DNA from: a virus
Virus record (IMG/VR): IMGVR_UViG_3300028840_003924
Coordinates: 64,001 to 128,000 of that record
DNA length: 64,000 bases
Strand: one strand, 5' to 3'
Position 1 is the first letter of the stretch. Each line of letters opens with the position of its first letter. Position numbers and translations under genes: made by a program. The notes under the pieces are model-generated. The model was not told where the DNA came from. It saw only the letters and a program-made list of their open reading frames with translations, and did not search any database. Of the stretch, positions 56,675-64,000 are shown piece after piece.

Positions 56675-57436
56675 ATGCAAATGGGATTAGAACAAGAGTT
56701 CTTCCTGGTCAACGGTGACGATCAGATAATCACGATACCAACCGGCAGCGGTTTGCCCCATGACGAGTGCGGTTGGCTACTTGAAGCCCGTGGCAAACCC
56801 TTCGGCAACATCACCGAAGCCGTCTTCAGCCTGAAAGCCGATGTGCATCGACTCGACCGGTCAATCATGAAAACCAACGCATCTACAAACCAACTACACC
56901 GAATGGTCGCCGAACCCTTCCGTACCATTCCACGTACTGTTCGGACAGCAGCCAGTCGCAACTATGCCAAAGGGTTGACCCATTACCAAAACCTTTACGG
57001 ATACCCACACCACAACTTGCCCGAAGGTGTCTTCGCCGCAGGTATCCATATCACCTTCAGCCAAATACGAACCGTCGCCACCAAGCACGGTGATGTGGAG
57101 TATTGCGAGAACTTCGATTGGCCCCGTCTCTTCCGAATGCTTGATGCCGAATTTACAACCGAGATCGCCAATGCCCGGCGTCTCCCCGGCTTCTACGAAA
57201 TAAAGAGTACCGGAATGGTCGAGTACAGATCATTACCGAACAACCTCGACCTGGAGGCGATCCCTGATCGAGTGACCGAGGTCTTCCGCCGCTGGGGGCG
57301 AAAAGAACCGGAAAACTACCTGCCGCCCGTAATCCCCAAAGAAGTTTTCGAGAGAGCGGTGGCGACCGAAGGTGGTAGCGGTTGCCCAAACTGCGGCTTC
57401 GATGCCGAGAGCGGACAATTCGCAGGGACACAGTAA
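56675..57436 (+). CDS. COOH-NH2 ligase (glutamine-synthetase fold, phage amidoligase-like)
   Basis: MGLEQEFFL, LLEAR, AGIHITFS, VEYRSL. Confidence 0.7.
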   Translation: MQMGLEQEFFLVNGDDQIITIPTGSGLPHDECGWLLEARGKPFGNITEAVFSLKADVHRLDRSIMKTNASTNQLHRMVAEPFRTIPRTVRTAASRNYAKGLTHYQNLYGYPHHNLPEGVFAAGIHITFSQIRTVATKHGDVEYCENFDWPRLFRMLDAEFTTEIANARRLPGFYEIKSTGMVEYRSLPNNLDLEAIPDRVTEVFRRWGRKEPENYLPPVIPKEVFERAVATEGGSGCPNCGFDAESGQFAGTQ

Positions 57437-57439
57437 GAC

Positions 57440-57631
57440 ATGGAACGACAAACCCTTTTGTTGTTGCAAGAACGCACCAAAGAAGAACATGCGCTAGTGC
57501 TTCAAATGCTTCGCACATTACTACCAGATGGAAAGTTTAGCTTCTCGGCCAATGCGGGAGAACATGGCGGCTTTGTAACCGACGATCCGGAAACGTATCA
57601 GTACTGGAAATCACACTTAGGACTTTGGTAA
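57440..57631 (+). CDS. Hypothetical protein
   Basis: 63-aa ORF in operon spacing. Confidence 0.5.
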   Translation: MERQTLLLLQERTKEEHALVLQMLRTLLPDGKFSFSANAGEHGGFVTDDPETYQYWKSHLGLW

Positions 57632-58245
57632 TGCCCATCTACGCAAAAGATCAACCGAAAGCAGAATACACCCCAGTACAATGCGTCGGCATGTACTGCG
57701 GACACCCCTCTTTCTTCCCAGAAGGGGAGGTCAAAGACCTGAAGACGTTGTTCGCCGATCTCGTGACAAGGGAATGGAGCAGCAGAGCAAATAGAGGCGT
57801 CCACGCATCCGCCCTCGGTTCGACATGGGTTATCGTCGTCTGGTGGAATGCAGGATGGGTCGAGTTCGGCTATGAAGCAGCAAAGGAAGTCATAGCCAAG
57901 TCCGACGTGAAGTTCGATGCAATTAAACCTATGCCGAATGAGAATGTAAAGCAAGGAACACCAAACCAATTCAGAGATACTACCCAAGAACCCTTAAATC
58001 CGGAATGGCTAATCCCCTCTTGTCTCGTTCTCGACAACCAGCAGCAAGAGCGACTGGCTAAATTTGTGGAAAAGTACCTGACACGAGAGATGATCGAGGC
58101 TGCGAGAGAAGAATCTTGTTCCCCAATTTCGCCCTTGGAGTTTCGCCTGCGAGATGGTAGCATTGTTGATATTGTCACCGCTCATATCGGCGACCACAAA
58201 TGCGACCTCACCCTGGATGATGAAGACAAGCTGGTCCCCGAATAA
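57631..58245 (+). CDS. Hypothetical protein
   Basis: TAATG coupling; about 204 aa. Confidence 0.6.
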   Translation: MPIYAKDQPKAEYTPVQCVGMYCGHPSFFPEGEVKDLKTLFADLVTREWSSRANRGVHASALGSTWVIVVWWNAGWVEFGYEAAKEVIAKSDVKFDAIKPMPNENVKQGTPNQFRDTTQEPLNPEWLIPSCLVLDNQQQERLAKFVEKYLTREMIEAAREESCSPISPLEFRLRDGSIVDIVTAHIGDHKCDLTLDDEDKLVPE

Positions 58246-58262
58246 CTAAGGAAAATAAAACC

Positions 58263-58856
58263 ATGAAACGTAGACACTTCATACTCTCCAGCGTCGTGAC
58301 AGCCATCGCCACCACCTTCGGCTGGAAGCCGAAGGTGGTGGCTGAAGAACCCGAACAACCTCGCCCTAGAAAGGGCGATATATGGAAATATCCAGAGACT
58401 GGCGATCTGATTGTGGTGGATAAAGTACGTCTCAAACTGGTTTTCTACCACTTCAAAAAACAACCAGACATCAAACGGGCCATGGCACCCTGGCAGTTTC
58501 GTGATACGTATGTATTCGTTAAACGGAAAGGCTCTGAAGATAACCCAAAGGGTCTGCCCGTTGTCCTGTTCGACGAGAAGGGGAAGATCATCAACGGAGA
58601 GGAACTGTTCAAAGACATCAACTGGACTGTCAAGCCGCCATTTTTTCATTCCGCCACTCGTCGGCGGCGTGCTTGGGTTCCCCAATTAACCCCTATGGCT
58701 CAAACTCGCTGCGCCGGGGCTTGTGTTTTCTGGGGTGAGGTCATGATGGAAAACTATTCGTGGGGACAAATCGATGTTGACCCCACGGAACATTCCGTGG
58801 TAGCCTACCGTTACGCAAGCCAAGAAGGTGTGACTAACCACGTCACTATCAACTAA
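58263..58856 (+). CDS. Twin-arginine signal protein, paralog 1
   Basis: MKRRHFILSS + h-region; NPKGLPVVLF; FWGEV. Confidence 0.75.
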   Translation: MKRRHFILSSVVTAIATTFGWKPKVVAEEPEQPRPRKGDIWKYPETGDLIVVDKVRLKLVFYHFKKQPDIKRAMAPWQFRDTYVFVKRKGSEDNPKGLPVVLFDEKGKIINGEELFKDINWTVKPPFFHSATRRRRAWVPQLTPMAQTRCAGACVFWGEVMMENYSWGQIDVDPTEHSVVAYRYASQEGVTNHVTIN

Positions 58857-58898
58857 CCATATAACCAGTTAATCGCCACTAACGTAAGGAGGGGTAAA

Positions 58899-59402
58899 AT
58901 GTCAGGGAACGTCATTTTCTTCATCGTCGCCAGCGTAACCATTGTTCTGTGGATCATCATCAGTGAAGTGAAGGCAAGACGCAAAAAAAGTGGAAAGATC
59001 ACCAACGACGACATCGGCAGACTCATCGAAGTGCGACAGAAAACATCGCAACAATGGAAGAAGCGGAAGCTCACCAACGTCAACAAAAGTGAACACCCCT
59101 ATACCTGTGAAGAGCCGGGGGATTTGCCCATCCACTGGCGACTCGCTCGACGGTGCAAGGAAACGGACGAGGTCGGCGATTACAACCCAGAGTCTGAAAA
59201 GAAAAACCCCAAAGGAACCGGAACCGTCGTGGGTGGCAAGCTGCTTAAGGGTGGCGAAATGATCGAGGTCCGGACCAGCACGGCACAGCGGTGGAAGAAA
59301 CGCAAGTTCCTAAGCTACCACGCCGAGTTGACTTCACCCTTCTACTGCGAAGAAGCTCCGGGTGAAGGGAAGTACTGGAAACTTGCCCGAAGGACTAAGT
59401 AA
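58899..59402 (+). CDS. Membrane-anchored protein with 2 W/ARP modules
   Basis: N-terminal TM; DIGRLIEVR..W..RKL..Y.C..WRLARR twice; AAGGAGG RBS. Confidence 0.8.
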   Translation: MSGNVIFFIVASVTIVLWIIISEVKARRKKSGKITNDDIGRLIEVRQKTSQQWKKRKLTNVNKSEHPYTCEEPGDLPIHWRLARRCKETDEVGDYNPESEKKNPKGTGTVVGGKLLKGGEMIEVRTSTAQRWKKRKFLSYHAELTSPFYCEEAPGEGKYWKLARRTK

Positions 59403-59404
59403 CC

Positions 59405-59797
59405 ATGAAACGCAGACACTTCACCTTATCCAACGCCATCGCAGCCATCGGTGCCGCCATTGGCGTGAAAGCAGAAAGGGCGAAAGGGAAAGGTCCTGGT
59501 AACAACCCAAAGAATCTGCCGGTTGTTAAGTTCAAGGAGAGCCTTCTCGCCATTGCAAACGAGAAGGAGCTATTCGAGTACGCAAGCAACCTCCCCGAAA
59601 ATAAGCCGATGGCATACGAAGGGGTCTTAAAATGCCGTGTGTGGGTCGATGTACCTACAAAAAATGATGAGGATGGGCCCTGGTGGGGCGAGACCGGCCT
59701 CGAAATGGAATACACGGCTTTCGACGAGTGGGGTACTGATGGCTTCTTCCTATACCGGGTCGATGAATCGATAGACTTTCCAGTTGCCCACATTTGA
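59405..59797 (+). CDS. Twin-arginine signal protein, paralog 2
   Basis: MKRRHFTLS; NPKNLPVVKF; WWGET. Confidence 0.7.
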   Translation: MKRRHFTLSNAIAAIGAAIGVKAERAKGKGPGNNPKNLPVVKFKESLLAIANEKELFEYASNLPENKPMAYEGVLKCRVWVDVPTKNDEDGPWWGETGLEMEYTAFDEWGTDGFFLYRVDESIDFPVAHI

Positions 59798-59838
59798 GGG
59801 CACTTTTTTTCTGTTTCTCTGTTTAAGGAGTGGGTGTG

Positions 59839-60036
59839 ATGCCACAAGGCAAGATTAAGAAGTTGATTACGGAAAAGGGATTTGGGTTCATCGAGGCGCA
59901 AGGTGGAGACATCTTCTTCCACCACTCGTCGCTCCAAGGTGTGACCATCGAAGAACTTTGTGAAGGCCAAGAAGTCGAATACGACAAAGGGAGTGGACCG
60001 AAAGGACCACGAGCCGAAAACATCAAGGTGCTGTAG
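59839..60036 (+). CDS. csp: Cold-shock protein
   Basis: KGFGFI (RNP1), IFFHHS (RNP2), GPKGPRAENI; AAGGAG RBS. Confidence 0.93.
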   Translation: MPQGKIKKLITEKGFGFIEAQGGDIFFHHSSLQGVTIEELCEGQEVEYDKGSGPKGPRAENIKVL

Positions 60037-60188
60037 TGTCAAAGTTCAAAGTAACCTTTGAAGGCCACGGTCAGATCGAGGAAGTTCCCGACGACTACGA
60101 GCCTAAAGAAGACGAAGAACTCGTCGATACGCACGAAGAGGGAGAAAGGGTGCTGATCCTTTCCATGTTGAGTGGCCTCCTACCCTAG
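60036..60188 (+). CDS. 50-aa paralog of the 51503 gene (not in track; possibly truncated)
   Basis: GTG overlapping the csp stop; SKFKVTFEG..IEEVPDDYEPKE...VDTHEE. Confidence 0.6.
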   Translation: MSKFKVTFEGHGQIEEVPDDYEPKEDEELVDTHEEGERVLILSMLSGLLP

Positions 60189-60195
60189 GTGAACC

Positions 60196-60660
60196 ATGAA
60201 ACGTAGAGTTTTTCTCGCAGGGGCAGCAGGGGCAGCCGTCACCACCACCTTGGGCGTCCCGCCCAAGGTGGTGGCTCGTGAAGCTCCCCAAAAGGAACCT
60301 GAAAACCCAGAAGGCTTAGCCGTCATCAAGTTCTCCAAAGACGGCAAGAAAGTCATCAACCTCAAAGAGATCATCGAACATGGAGGAACCCGAGATAACT
60401 TCTTCATGAGTCGAGATGATAAGATCGCTGGGCCAAACGGAATCTTTCTTGAGTGTGCCGTGTGGCTTCGCAAAAAAGATGCCATGGCGGACTGCTGCCG
60501 CCCCTACAATACACCCGGCCTGTATTGGGGTAAGGTAAAGATGCATTACGCTATCGCTGACGATTACGATGTTAGCTTCTATCTCCAAACAACCGAGGAG
60601 TCGCACGCAATCGACTTGCCAAATTTTGACACGGACTTCGAGGTCGACGAGGTTCGGTAG
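60196..60660 (+). CDS. Twin-arginine signal protein, paralog 3
   Basis: MKRRVFLAGAAG; PKVVA; NPEGLAVIKF; YWGKV. Confidence 0.75.
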   Translation: MKRRVFLAGAAGAAVTTTLGVPPKVVAREAPQKEPENPEGLAVIKFSKDGKKVINLKEIIEHGGTRDNFFMSRDDKIAGPNGIFLECAVWLRKKDAMADCCRPYNTPGLYWGKVKMHYAIADDYDVSFYLQTTEESHAIDLPNFDTDFEVDEVR

Positions 60661-60672
60661 TGTTAGGTCGAA

Positions 60673-60707
60673 CACCACCTCCCGCCGCATAGCGGCGGGA
60701 GGTGGTG
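60673..60707. repeat. 16-bp perfect palindrome lacking a U-tract
   Basis: CACCACCTCCCGCCGC-ATA-GCGGCGGGAGGTGGTG. Confidence 0.8.
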
Positions 60708-60717
60708 GGAGGGAACT

Positions 60718-61044
60718 ATGAAATTCAGTATTAGCGTGATGGGCACTGACGAGTTAGCGCCACAACAACTCGGTGCCGAAGACTTGTTCACAGCAGATGC
60801 GGGCGTGTACGCCTCTGAGCAGTACGAGGACTACTATGTGGTAGTCTTTCCCAACTGGAATACAGAAGAGGCTCCGGAGGCCGTGCTCGCTTTGAATATG
60901 GTGGGGCAGGAAGTTAAGGCTTTCGATCCCGGCGAGTTTGGTAACAACGACACCTTTGTAAGGGTCAACGCCGAGGTGAAGGTTGCCATCCAACTCAGCA
61001 AGATTGAACTGCCAGAGATCGAGTTTGAAGGAATCATGGAATGA
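60718..61044 (+). CDS. Hypothetical acidic protein
   Basis: GGAGG RBS; 108 aa. Confidence 0.7.
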   Translation: MKFSISVMGTDELAPQQLGAEDLFTADAGVYASEQYEDYYVVVFPNWNTEEAPEAVLALNMVGQEVKAFDPGEFGNNDTFVRVNAEVKVAIQLSKIELPEIEFEGIME

Positions 61045-61697
61045 GCAATTCACGGATCAGAGAATTAGACCGAAAGAACACGGACCTCCTGAGCGCCCTA
61101 ACCTTCCTCGTTGATGCTATCGAAAGAGAGCCGAAGGATAAGTGCGACTTTCGTCCAACCAAAGACTCTTACAGGTTCATCCCACTCAACATTCATTCCT
61201 TCATGGGAGCGATGGAGACGGTAGTTACCCATATGAAGAAACGTCGTGTCTTCGACAGAGACATCCCGAATCGCCCGCCACGGGGATATCCAACTTTCAT
61301 GGACGCCGGTTGCGGGTGTGGGACGAAGCTCGTTTTAGCAACTTCATTCGGCTTTGAATCTTACGGCTTAGAAATTGATCGCAAGCTGGTGCGCCGGGCG
61401 AAGAGGTTGTTCTCTGCGAATATCTCAGGCGATGACCATCACTTCCTTTCCAACCGTCACGGGCACATGCGATTGCCCCAGGTTATCACCAAGAATGTTC
61501 TCAACTGGGATTATAGTTCCTACGATGTGGTCTTCTTCTACCGCCCGTTTGAGGACCGTGAAAAGGAAGAGACCTTTGAGACGTTGGTCTACAGGCAGTT
61601 GGCGAAGGGAAGCTATGTGATCCCTGTCTATAGAGCACTGAACCCACCCGGTCGTTTCAAGCATCTGATGGGCGATGTCTTCTACAACCCGAAGTAA
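61041..61697 (+). CDS. Class I SAM-dependent methyltransferase, paralog of 45014
   Basis: FMDAGCGCGTKL, GLEID, YDVVFFYRPF, GSYVIP. Confidence 0.8.
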   Translation: MSNSRIRELDRKNTDLLSALTFLVDAIEREPKDKCDFRPTKDSYRFIPLNIHSFMGAMETVVTHMKKRRVFDRDIPNRPPRGYPTFMDAGCGCGTKLVLATSFGFESYGLEIDRKLVRRAKRLFSANISGDDHHFLSNRHGHMRLPQVITKNVLNWDYSSYDVVFFYRPFEDREKEETFETLVYRQLAKGSYVIPVYRALNPPGRFKHLMGDVFYNPK

Positions 61698-61699
61698 TC

Positions 61700-61728
61700 T
61701 TGACTGAAGGCGAGCTAATGATTCTAAT
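61700..61728 (+). promoter_or_regulatory. Sigma70-type promoter candidate
   Basis: TTGACT-N17-TCTAAT in an intergenic gap. Confidence 0.4.
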
Positions 61729-61755
61729 AGGGGAAAACTATGGATAGGTCTTCCG

Positions 61756-62484
61756 ATGCCGCCACCATACATCCTCTATCTCGACAACAAAGAGCAACAG
61801 GATCGCATTCCGACCCTGTACGGGACGATAGAGGCGTTGTGGAGTCATTTGGAGACGGTGAATGAGGGTTACCGCCGCAACTTCGGGAATGCCAACAACG
61901 GCAAAGCATGGATCGTAACGGACGCTTGTGCAAAAGGCACCCAAAAAGTTGACAAGACCGCCGCATATCGGATACTCCAAAAGCAAGGAACGATCAACCT
62001 ATACTGCGAATGTACGAGTTGTGGACTTTTTTATACGGGAAGTGCCCGGAGGGAGGACGTTGGCCGTTTAGTTCCTAAATCCCACAAGATCGACAAGCTC
62101 GTGATGCGGACGAAGAATGTGGAGCAACAATTCCAACGGATGCTCGACCATGAGTCTACCTCAACTTGGGAACCCCATGAAGTCAACCCTGTTCAAGCCC
62201 TTGCTGCTGCCGAGGAACGCATCTTTGGGTTCAACCTTTACCATGCACTTCAAGCAAGTTCGTTGGGGTTAGAGGAGATTGAAGAAAAGGCAGGCTTTGC
62301 TCCTGATACGTTGCTGGCGATGATGAGTGCCATCAAACCACTCAGACCGACAGGTGCCCAGATCGACAAACTAGCCAGGATACTGAAAGTCAAACCCGAA
62401 GAGCTTTGGTACGATGCGGTGGCGGTTTACCTCGATGCGACCAACAGTTGGGACAAGTATATTAAAATGGAGGACACGCCATGA
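61756..62484 (+). CDS. Protein with C-terminal XRE-type HTH
   Basis: LGLEEIEEKAG....L......RPT...IDKLARILKVKPEEL. Confidence 0.65.
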   Translation: MPPPYILYLDNKEQQDRIPTLYGTIEALWSHLETVNEGYRRNFGNANNGKAWIVTDACAKGTQKVDKTAAYRILQKQGTINLYCECTSCGLFYTGSARREDVGRLVPKSHKIDKLVMRTKNVEQQFQRMLDHESTSTWEPHEVNPVQALAAAEERIFGFNLYHALQASSLGLEEIEEKAGFAPDTLLAMMSAIKPLRPTGAQIDKLARILKVKPEELWYDAVAVYLDATNSWDKYIKMEDTP

Positions 62485-63416
62485 GAGTCTTAAGCTTCTC
62501 TGTCGTGATCGGTGGAACCAAGTGTAATGCTGCTTGTCCCTTCTGCGTCTCTCGCATGACGGCACCACCACGCCGGGCGCTGAACCCCAACTGGTTCGCT
62601 TTCAAGAAAGCTGTCCAAGCCGCTCTCGATGCCGGGGCCTGGGGAGTCATGTTTACCGGTAAGGGCGAACCGACCGAGTACCCCGACTTAATAACACAAT
62701 ATCTTCGGATGCTGGGAACGATAGGAATCCATCTGGGGAAGGTTCGCCGCACGATACCGAACACGATCTATTCGTTATTCGGAAAGCCGCAGTTCGATTT
62801 TCTTCCCTTCGCCTTCGCCGATCTGCAAACCAATGGAATCAACATCCCGCAACAGAGAGGTTTATTAAAGAAATGGCATCGACTTGGCCTGAGTACGGTT
62901 TGCATTTCTCTTGCTCACTGGAACGATGCCGAGAATTGGTCCATGATGCGACACCACACCGTTAAGCCGATGAACATCTGGCAGAACGTTGGAATCTTGA
63001 AGGACCTCGGCTATCTGACTCGTTTGAACTTTACTGCGATGCGTCGGGGTGTCGAAACCATTGAAGATGTAGAGATCGTGATAGCCCTGTGCCGCAAGTA
63101 CGGCGTAGACCAACTCACCATTCGAGATGTTGCCACACCGGATGATAAGGATAGTCGCAATCCACAAGTAACGCAGTACGTGAAGGATCATCGAATCAAC
63201 TTGGAACCGGAACTGCGTGAGTACATGAAGGAAGCTGGTTCACCAGCAGTCATGCTTCTTTCGCATGGAGCAACGGTACACTATCACCATGGCATCAGCT
63301 TCTCTGTTAATAACTGCCTTACCACCTCCCAAAACCCTGATGAACTTCGGCAACTCATTTCGTGGCCCGATGGGGCCTTAACGCCCGACTGGAAATACGA
63401 CCTTCGACTTTTATGA
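62481..63416 (+). CDS. Radical SAM protein
   Basis: CNAACPFC (CxxxCxxC), FTGKGEPT, LQTNG. Confidence 0.9.
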   Translation: MRVLSFSVVIGGTKCNAACPFCVSRMTAPPRRALNPNWFAFKKAVQAALDAGAWGVMFTGKGEPTEYPDLITQYLRMLGTIGIHLGKVRRTIPNTIYSLFGKPQFDFLPFAFADLQTNGINIPQQRGLLKKWHRLGLSTVCISLAHWNDAENWSMMRHHTVKPMNIWQNVGILKDLGYLTRLNFTAMRRGVETIEDVEIVIALCRKYGVDQLTIRDVATPDDKDSRNPQVTQYVKDHRINLEPELREYMKEAGSPAVMLLSHGATVHYHHGISFSVNNCLTTSQNPDELRQLISWPDGALTPDWKYDLRLL

Positions 63417-63449
63417 AGATTTGATCACGTTTAGTAACCCTTCCTCCCG

Positions 63450-63838
63450 TACCCTCATTTGCGAAGCAAATTCGGGGGTCGCATTCGCTCCTCCATAATA
63501 AAGCCTATATCCGTAATAAGCCGCATATTCCCCGTAAAAACTGGGGTTGGTGGATTTCCGAGCCTCTGGTATACTCTGTCTTTGTCCTGAGTAAGGCCCG
63601 TGTTCCAAGAGTCCTTCAGGACACCCATACACTCGACCTGTACTAAACCAAAAAAAACCGGTGAGGAGCCGGGAGCACCAGTGTCGTTTGTAGCGGCACG
63701 ACGAGTGTATGCATGGACCCCAAAGTATTATTGCTTTGGGGTCCATCAGTTTGGGTATTTCCCGCCGTTTAATGCCCTGCGGTGGGATTACATGGCCGGT
63801 CCTTTAACGTTAGACGACGTGGAGGTACCGGCCTTTTC
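63450..63838 (+). ncRNA. Candidate structured noncoding RNA (unclassified)
   Basis: At least six consecutive or nested stems, with G-U pairs valid only on the plus strand; last stem followed by TTTT. Confidence 0.55.
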
Positions 63839-64000
63839 TATGCGCCGAAACTGACGTTGACCCAAATCGGTGAAAATGGGATCATATAGTATCGTCAACC
63901 CCAAGGGCATGAGTATTGTCGATATCCTTCTTTGCACCAAACCAACATAAGGATAGAGCCATGGACTTTCTACTCATTGCCGCCGCCGCTGGTGGCTTCC

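Noticed and set aside
63420-63850. tmRNA, RNase P RNA or group I/II intron identity
   Set aside because: Only partial look-alikes (for example CGGCTTAT on the minus strand); I found no GAGGAAAGTCC, tRNA-like CCA end, P7 pairing or domain V consensus
63411-63854. 111-aa minus ORF and 84-aa plus ORF
   Set aside because: No RBS or recognisable motifs, and they overlap dense RNA-like stems; not fully excluded
1-64000. Stop-codon reassignment
   Set aside because: Long genes are intact in code 11, and TAA, TAG and TGA all end genes at tight junctions
63876-64000. Gene start at the right edge
   Set aside because: The ATG at 63961 and the more protein-like frame (LLIAAAAGGF) disagree; too little sequence to call

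Overview
This 64-kb window reads as part of a large, myovirus-type dsDNA phage genome in the standard genetic code. It is gene-dense, and I saw no rRNA, tRNA, CRISPR array or host core operon. Positions 1-27.6 kb are a mostly minus-strand virion module: three paralogous PKD-domain proteins, a T4/CIS-like baseplate set (gp7/gpI-, gp6/J-, gp25-, gp5/VgrG-, gp27/gpD-, gp53- and gp48/54-like), a 1624-aa tape measure and a gp2-like DNA end protector. A plus-strand block (HNH endonuclease, NDT-like protein, DNA methyltransferase, ParB-like protein) interrupts it. Positions 27.6-34.7 kb hold mixed-strand, probably late genes (GroES, SAK-type HAD, proteins with a capsid-targeting-like motif). Positions 34.8-63.4 kb are a plus-strand accessory region rich in small membrane proteins and host-like genes (L7/L12, cold-shock protein, RHH/HicB-like, PrkA C-terminal fragment, YacG-like finger, M16 peptidase, NADAR, two SAM methyltransferases, amidoligase, radical SAM); several resemble Planctomycetota homologues as I recall them. 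The most notable signals are a ~55-aa W/ARP module repeated about 17 times across four membrane-anchored proteins, three paralogous twin-arginine proteins, a densely base-paired ~400-nt noncoding segment at 63.4-63.8 kb, and a family of long CCACC palindromes. All calls come from reading motifs by eye; no searches were run.
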